Positions 56,580 to 64,000 of a stretch of 64,000 nucleotides of DNA are shown piece by piece. How positions within the stretch are numbered: position 1 is the first letter of the stretch; each line of letters opens with the position of its first letter. The notes under the pieces are model-generated. The model was not told where the DNA came from and did no database searches. It saw only the letters and a list, made by a program, of their open reading frames with translations. Origin of the DNA: Octopus vulgaris (Eukaryota); the NCBI GenBank assembly GCA_951406725.2, contig OX597824.1, positions 1,426,001 through 1,490,000 of the forward strand. The letters are read 5' to 3'. A program made the translations under genes and the position numbers.

Positions 56580-57100
56580 CAGCGGTTAGAGCGTCGGGTT
56601 CCCAATCATGAGGTAGTGAGTTCGAACAATCTGTGCTGTGTTGTGTTGTGCTCTTGAGTAAGACAATTCATTTCACGTTGCTCCATTTCACACAGCTGCA
56701 GAAATATGTTGCGACGTTACTGGTGCTAAGCTGTATCGGCCCCTTTTGCCTTTCCCTTGTATAACATCAGTGGCGTGGAGAGGGGAGGCTGGTATACATG
56801 GGTGACTGTTGGACTTCCATAAACAACCTTGCATGGATTTGTACATTGGAGGGGAACTTTCACCGTGCAATCCCACGATCATTCATGATCGAAGAGGGTC
56901 TTTACTCGAATCTTTTACCGTTTTACTTGTTTCAGTCATTTGATTCTGGTCATGCTGGAGCACTCTTAAAGAGGTTCAGTCGAAGAAATGGACTCCAGGA
57001 TTTATTTGTTGCAAGCCTGGTACTCATTCTATCAGTGTGTTTTGCCGAACCGCTATCTTAAGGGGACATAAACACAGCAGTATCCGTTGTGAAGCGATGT
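56580..57100. mobile_element. Plus-strand tRNA/CORE-like SINE (56580-56910) abutting a minus-strand family A 3' half (56915-57100)
   Basis: agcggttagagcgtcgg...gagttcgaa, tgctcttgagtaagac; then gtttcagtcatttgattctggtcatgctggagcac. Confidence 0.7.
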
Positions 57101-57191
57101 CTGTGCAACAATGCAACAATTCAGGTGCATTTTCAAATCCTAGACCAAATTCTCCCACCTTGTTTCCTGCGTAGGAATGTATTTAATCTCT

Positions 57192-57246
<55 letters not shown>

Positions 57247-57249
<3 letters not shown>

Positions 57250-57821
57250 AGAAGGTTTGAAAATGCAATTTAAAAGATGTTTATTTACTTTACCGGTTTC
57301 ACTCTTTGGAAAAAGATTATCAAAAGTAACATGTGGAAGTTTGGTTGCGTTAATTATTGGTTGTTGCAAATTGCTACATTACATATATATATATACAGTC
57401 TTTGGTAAAAGGGACATGTTAAGGACATAAAAAAGTACAACAGTATGTTGAGAACATAAAGAGGTTTAACAAGATCATTGAAAAAATGGGCAGAAAAGAT
57501 TAAAGTACTGAACTTTTATAATAATTCCTCCTGGAAATTACCCTGAGATGTATAATATATTTGTTTTAATCTTTTCTGCCTATTTTTTTCAATGAGCTTG
57601 TTAAATCTCTTTATATTCTCAACATACTGTTGTACTTTTTTATGTCCTTAACATGTCTCTGTTTCCAAAGACTGTATATATACATGTAATGTAGCAATTT
57701 GCAACAACCAATAATTAACGCAACCAAACTTCCACATGTTACTTTTGATAATCTTTTTCCAAAGAATGAAACTGGTAAAGTAAATAAACATCTTTTAAAT
57801 TGCATTTTCAAACCTTCTTTC
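57247..57821. repeat. Long fold-back: ~258-bp arms, ~60-nt loop, about 10 differences
   Basis: 57247-57504 versus reverse complement of 57565-57821. The ORF track shows the near-identical peptide MQQPIINATKLPHVTFDNLFPK on both strands. Confidence 0.95.
57285..57329 (-). ncRNA. Hammerhead-like motif, U3:A8 variant (mirror copy 57739-57783, plus)
   Basis: ttactt-TTGATAA-tcttt(ttcc)aaaga-gt-GAAA-ccgg-TA-aagtaa; the 2-nt insertion before GAAA is non-canonical. Confidence 0.6.
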
Positions 57822-57863
57822 GTATATAATTCCACTCGTGCGATACCCCACAACTCAACTTTG

Positions 57864-57918
<55 letters not shown>

Positions 57919-57922
57919 TATC

Positions 57923-57970
57923 GTCTCTGATGAAGGGATAACCCTAATAACCCAGAAACAGCTGTAAGAC
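57923..57970 (+). ncRNA. Minimal type-I hammerhead motif, C3:G8
   Basis: gtct-CTGATGA-a-ggg(...)ccc-a-GAAA-cagctg-TA-agac, with palindromic stem III. Confidence 0.7.
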
Positions 57971-58173
57971 TAACTGTCTCTTTCTAAATGCCCTGAAAAT
58001 TCCACACAGTCTTGGCTTTGTTGTCTCATTTTGTTTAACATATATATATACATATATATATATATTATATTCATTTATACACAGAAACATACACACACAT
58101 ACACGTATAAGTATATAGATATACATACATATATATACGTGTATATATATATATACATACATATATATACGTG

Positions 58174-58233
<60 letters not shown>

Positions 58234-58462
58234 CTCTCTTAAAGATAGTATATGCAATTCCCTTTTGATGAGACGCAAATACTGAACAATAATGAAACAA
58301 CAAACAGTGAGTTATTTACATAAGGAGTAACTGTTTGCCATATCTTGATGGCTTAGCGACATTAGCTGTGCATAAAATTCGATTTAAGACACGCAATATC
58401 TTTCTGTGCCAATCAGCCTATATACATAATGCATATGTGTATGTATACAGATATATCAAAAT

Positions 58463-58504
<42 letters not shown>

Positions 58505-58807
58505 CACACGTTAACGTGTGATATTTCTGTAAATAAATTATAATAATTAAGCTTATAAGCGATCACCTTGTATTAACTAATGAAAATAGTCCGACGGAAA
58601 GAAAGTGGGTTTTATGAACGGGTGGGACCGGATCGCGATAAATGTGCTGCTATTACACAATGTAGCCACTCTGTTCTTCCCTTAGATTTAAGAATTATAA
58701 TTTCATAGTGTTGATTTTTTTAAACAAAGAAGCATGTGTGTTTTCGGCGATGATATATATACATACATATATATATGTGTGTGTGTATGGGCGCGTGTGC
58801 GAGTGTG

Positions 58808-58910
58808 TATAGATCCAAAGATCAAAGTATAGATCCAAAGTATAGATCCAAAATATAGATCCAAGTATAGATCCAAAATATAGATCCAAAATATAGATGC
58901 AAAGATCAAA
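58808..58910. repeat. ~11-13-bp minisatellite
   Basis: Repeated atagatccaaa(at/g). Confidence 0.85.
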
Positions 58911-59143
58911 GTGTAGGAAGTTAGTAGGCTTCAAGGAGTCTGTGGAAGGTATAAAGAACAACTTTCAGGAACAGTAATGTTTCATTGACGTAGAAGGTAA
59001 ATATTTCTCATATCGAAGGGTTTGCAGCGTATGCGACTATAAATCCAAATTTATATACTCCATTCCCTAAATTTGGATATGTACAGGTGTGTGTTTTGTG
59101 TGTATAAATCTCTCTCTCTCTCTCTATCTGTCTGTCTCTCTGT

Positions 59144-59255
<112 letters not shown>

Positions 59256-59274
59256 TCTATCTATCCGTCCGTCC

Positions 59275-59363
<89 letters not shown>

Positions 59364-59441
59364 GCTACCTACCTACCTACCTACCTACCTATCTACATAC
59401 GTATGTATGTATGTATGTATGTATGTATGTATGTATGTATG

Positions 59442-59514
<73 letters not shown>

Positions 59515-60556
59515 CTGTAACCGTGTGTGCCGATACACATATATTGTTAACTATATCTAGAATTGTTTCTTTACTTCCTTGTTTTCCCCCTTTTCCCTTC
59601 TTGTGTTTCTCCTTATCTTCTCCATTCCATAAGCTTCCCTCTCTATTGTTTAAAACTCTTCTATAGTGGCGCCTCTCTGTCGCGTTTTAACCGAATAATG
59701 ATAATGTTAATCACATTAGATGCTTTCTATTCCCATTATAATTTAGACCATGCAGATAACAAGTAAATCTCCCGAGGCCACACCTACTTCTATCTCGGCA
59801 GATTTGAATCGTTTGCACGAGGCACCATTCGCGGTTTACCGAAATCACAATTTCCACTCCCATTTTTATTTTCAAAAGGTTTGTATTACTTCTATTATGA
59901 TTTTTTCCTTAACTCTTAACGGCCAACCATTTCCCAACACAAACAGCAGAGAAAGAGGTGCATGCTAAAATTATATAACAGTTTTAATGTTACATAAAAC
60001 AGACTCCATAACTTTTTCGAACATATATAGCGTGTTTTTGTTTTGTCCCTTCTTTCCCTTCACTTATTTAATTATCACATACAGTGCATCGTGAGTTGCT
60101 ATTGTACCGGAGTTGCATACACTCTCACATTTTATATTTCATCATTTACAACTTATAATTTATAATTTCAATATGGGCCGAAGTTTATTCGGTACATGGA
60201 TTAATAAACTTTTGTAATTTATTTCACCTTTTCTATACAAGCCTGCACAGACTGAAGCCCAATCAACCCTTTTGTTGTGATCGATTGTATTCCACTATGT
60301 GTGTGTGTGTGTGTGTGTGTGTGTCCGTGTGTGTGTGAGTATAGAGCAGCGTGTTTTCTTACTGTGCTGAGGAGAGTTTCTATTCCGAGATAGTTAATGC
60401 AATAATCTCCATTTTATATGAATATAAACTGTATGGTTTTATAGATATAGCTATTATTTTAAGGAAATCAATTCCCCCCAAAATATTAGGTATTGAACCA
60501 GTATTTCTTTGGATGAAACCATCCCTTCATGATGTTAACACAACCTCTAATCGAAT

Positions 60557-60630
<74 letters not shown>

Positions 60631-60699
60631 TGTGTGTCAGGAAATTCATTTAGCGAATAAGAAACATCCGCAATGATTATATTTCACATGCTAACACTG

Positions 60700-60980
60700 A
60701 ATTATTGGTGCGCCGGAAAAATTCATTAGCAGCATTTCGTCCGTCTTTACGTTTTGAGTTCAAATTCTGTTGAGATCGGCATTGGCTCTCTTCCTTTCGG
60801 GGTCGATAAAATAAGTAGTAGTTCGATGCTGGAATCGATATAATGCAGACACGCCTTCTCCCAAACTTGCTGGCATTGTGCCAATATTGGAGCCGATGTA
60901 ATGAAACACTCCCCACCCCAAATGTCAGACCTTGTGCCTTTTCTAGAAAGGATTATTATTATTATTATTATCATCATCAT
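60700..60980 (+). mobile_element. Diverged family B SINE with ATT/ATC tail
   Basis: gagttcaaattc, cctttcggggtcgataaaataagta, gaccttgtgcct, (att)n(atc)n. Confidence 0.75.
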
Positions 60981-61916
60981 CGTGTTCCTCCTTTATCAAC
61001 TAGTTAATCAATTAAGCAATTAACTAATCCATTACCTTTCTTAATCGTCCAATCTAGACGTCAGTCTGTCTGTCGGTTTCATTTGTCAGGTTCTTTCGTC
61101 ACCATTCGCGACCATGTCACATACTTGGCTTCGTTGCGTCGAGTCAATCTCGTTGCCGCCCGGCTTTCTTATTGCTTTTATACGTTTGGGATGTGTGTGT
61201 GTGTGTGTGTGATGGAGGGAGGTGAATGTAGTTGTGTGGGCCTCGGTTTACCTATGCGAGTCAGTGTGTAAGTATTGTTCTTGTACATTGCAGAGTAAGT
61301 GAACGTGTAGGTACGACGACGAAAATACTTTGAAACCTCATTCTAATAACTTAGTGTTTTGATAGATTTATCGAACGACCAATCCAGCATTCGTTTACTT
61401 AATTAGTTAAATGATTAACTTCTTGACTAATGACAAGAACAAGTGAAACAGGACCAGAACTGCTACTTATTAAGAGTTAATTATTAATTTAATTAGATTA
61501 ATTTCGATAGTGATATATACTTTAAATTAAAGCAACATTGTTCGGCATTGGAAGAGACACCACTTCCAACTAATTGCTGGAAGTATTTTGAAGATAAAGA
61601 TCCGAAATTACACAATAATAATAATCCATTCTATTATAGGCACAGGGCCTGGAATTTGGGGGCGGGCGATAGTCAATTACTCACTCGCACTCACACAAAC
61701 AAAAGCGATAGAGTCTTGTTTACCGAGCTCAATCTTACACGACTGGCAACAAAATAGCATTTACGTCGCAGACTGTCGAAAAGAGGGGGCGAAAGTTGTA
61801 AAACAAAATTTAAAATGATTTACAGCAACAGATTGAAACCTAACTGAAATAGGAGGTATCACGTGATAAAGTTGAAATAGGAGGCGACAATTCAAGAATT
61901 AGTAACAAAACATATT

Positions 61917-62097
61917 CTTTTCAACTCTAGGCACAAGACCCGAAATTTTTGGGGGAGAGGCCAGTCGATTTGATCAACTCCAGTACGCAACTGGTTCTTA
62001 ATTTATCGACTCCGAAATGAAAGCAAAAGTCGACTTGGGTGGAATTTGAACTCAGAACGTAAAGACAGCGTGCTAACGTTTCTGCCAACTCGCGGCC
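61917..62097 (-). mobile_element. Family B SINE, internally deleted, with TSD
   Basis: TSD ttagtaacaaaa(c/t)atatt (61899-61916, 62098-62115). Confidence 0.85.
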
Positions 62098-62208
62098 TTA
62101 GTAACAAAATATATTGCCGCTACATTTACAAAAATACTTTCTCTCTCTCTTTCTGTCTGTCTGTCTCTGTGGTGTGTGTATATATATATGCATAAACGTG
62201 CGTACACA

Positions 62209-62256
<48 letters not shown>

Positions 62257-62276
62257 TACATACACACACACATACA

Positions 62277-62340
<64 letters not shown>

Positions 62341-62897
62341 AAGGATTTTATTCAGCATATTCCCCTTTCATATTCACACACTGCGGCGGTCTTTCAGCTT
62401 TTCTAAGAAGAAAAATAAAATCAAAAGTTTGGCTCTCCAATCACTCTTCGCAAGACCCTTAAAGCCAGGAACCTTTCAGCACCTTCTCGTATATACACAC
62501 ATAATTATACACATAAATAGATGTGTGTGTGTGTGTGTATGGTGACGTACTTGCACGGCAAGTATTTTGATCTACGATCAAAAGCTGAAACTAAAGTGAA
62601 AATAGCATCGTAAGCACGAATCCACCATTCAGAAGCACATAAAGACCGTTCACTTCGCATATGTTCTTCAAATGGTGATAAAAGTTACATTCCTCGAAAC
62701 TGCGAACTGTTCACTGACTAAACATGTGCTGCAAAATCGTAGAGCACAATTTTCTCACTGACTTTCGTGAGTGACAGTATCGCAGTTTCCAGCGATAAAC
62801 ATTTTTTACATTTTACAAATAAATGTTTAAACGAAGCGGACGGACTTTGTGTTTCTGAACATGTCTTCCAGCTGTAATCGCTACACACACACACACA

Positions 62898-62946
<49 letters not shown>

Positions 62947-64000
62947 AATATATTGATACAATTAAACAAATACGACTGATTTAGCTAGAAATACGCAATA
63001 TACATCCATGTATACAAGTAAATAGAAAGAAAAAACTGAGAATATTCTAAGATCGAATGGCCATATATAAATATAAAGATATTGATCTATTAACAGATCA
63101 AACTTACACAAAGTAGAAAGTCACAGATAATTAAGGGAAGAAGGTTTAATAGGTTAGGAGGAGATGAGGAGGGAATTGGAAGTATGAGGATGGGCTGGCA
63201 GTAAATGGAATGTGCTGTGTAAGAAGAGTTCAAAAGTACTCTTAACAAGAAATATATAATATAAGGGGTGGGTTTGGTAGCAAGAATATCTTTCTAGTGT
63301 GACTAAGTTGTAACTTAATTCTATATCGTAATTAGGGAATCACACAGATTTAACATAGTAGGCAAACGATCAGTAGAATATATATTTTACATGAAAGGAT
63401 TAAATTAGAAAATCTATTCATGAAGGGCTTTGGTTGTGAAGGATGAGGAGCGATTCTCTTAAACAGAGTCTGCGAGCTCCGAGGTTAGTGTTGTATGGGA
63501 TACCGTCACAGATAATAGACCAGGATAGATTGAACCCTGAGCCATGTGGTTGGTAAGCAGGCTACTTACCATACAGCTACTCCTTAAATTTGTTTTACTG
63601 AAATATATTTGTCAGACATAAATAAATGAAAATAATATATTTCTTAATCTCTCAAAGAGTTTTATGCCGTAGCAGCACGATAGAGTGATAGCATGCTACC
63701 ACTTTATAAATAAATACTTCCTCTCTTGAGACGGAAGATAATATTTCTCTAATAAATTTGTTATTTATGATATTGTGATATTATTTATGATGTTATCTCC
63801 TTGCTTCTCCATTTAGTGAGACAGATGAAAATAGCCCTCTTTCACGACTAATTTATAAAGTTTGTTGGCTTTCTCAAGAGTATAACAATCCAGAGTTACC
63901 AAAGCTTTTCACGATATATTTAAAAAGAGAAATGTAATTAGGAACGTAAAATGTATAATTTTGTTATGATCATTTCGTGGTACATGCGAAAAAAACAAAC

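Overview
AT-rich, microsatellite-dense animal genomic DNA; the SINE families and repeat landscape look like an octopus (inference). The only host gene is a minus-strand metabotropic glutamate receptor (class C GPCR). It has a 1369-bp first coding exon (49416-48048, signal peptide and Venus-flytrap domain) that splices in phase 1 to a 1058-bp exon (38350-37293, cysteine-rich domain and TM1-TM6). I could not find the TM7/C-terminal exon, so 1-37292 is probably intron, and a good acceptor at 49659-49660 implies an upstream non-coding exon. The rest is tRNA-derived SINEs (several with target-site duplications), Penelope-like (PLE) RT and GIY-YIG remnants, Tx1-like and CR1-like LINE fragments, a mariner remnant and many simple repeats; most ORFs in the track are microsatellite read-through. 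The main hidden signal is about 13 minimal type-I hammerhead ribozyme motifs from about 9 unrelated sequence families. Most sit in or beside fold-back inverted repeats, and together they show three different Watson-Crick versions of the core 3:8 pair (C3:G8, U3:A8, G3:C8). Several copies with intact cores are sense in the mGluR pre-mRNA. All motifs were parsed by eye and no activity has been tested.
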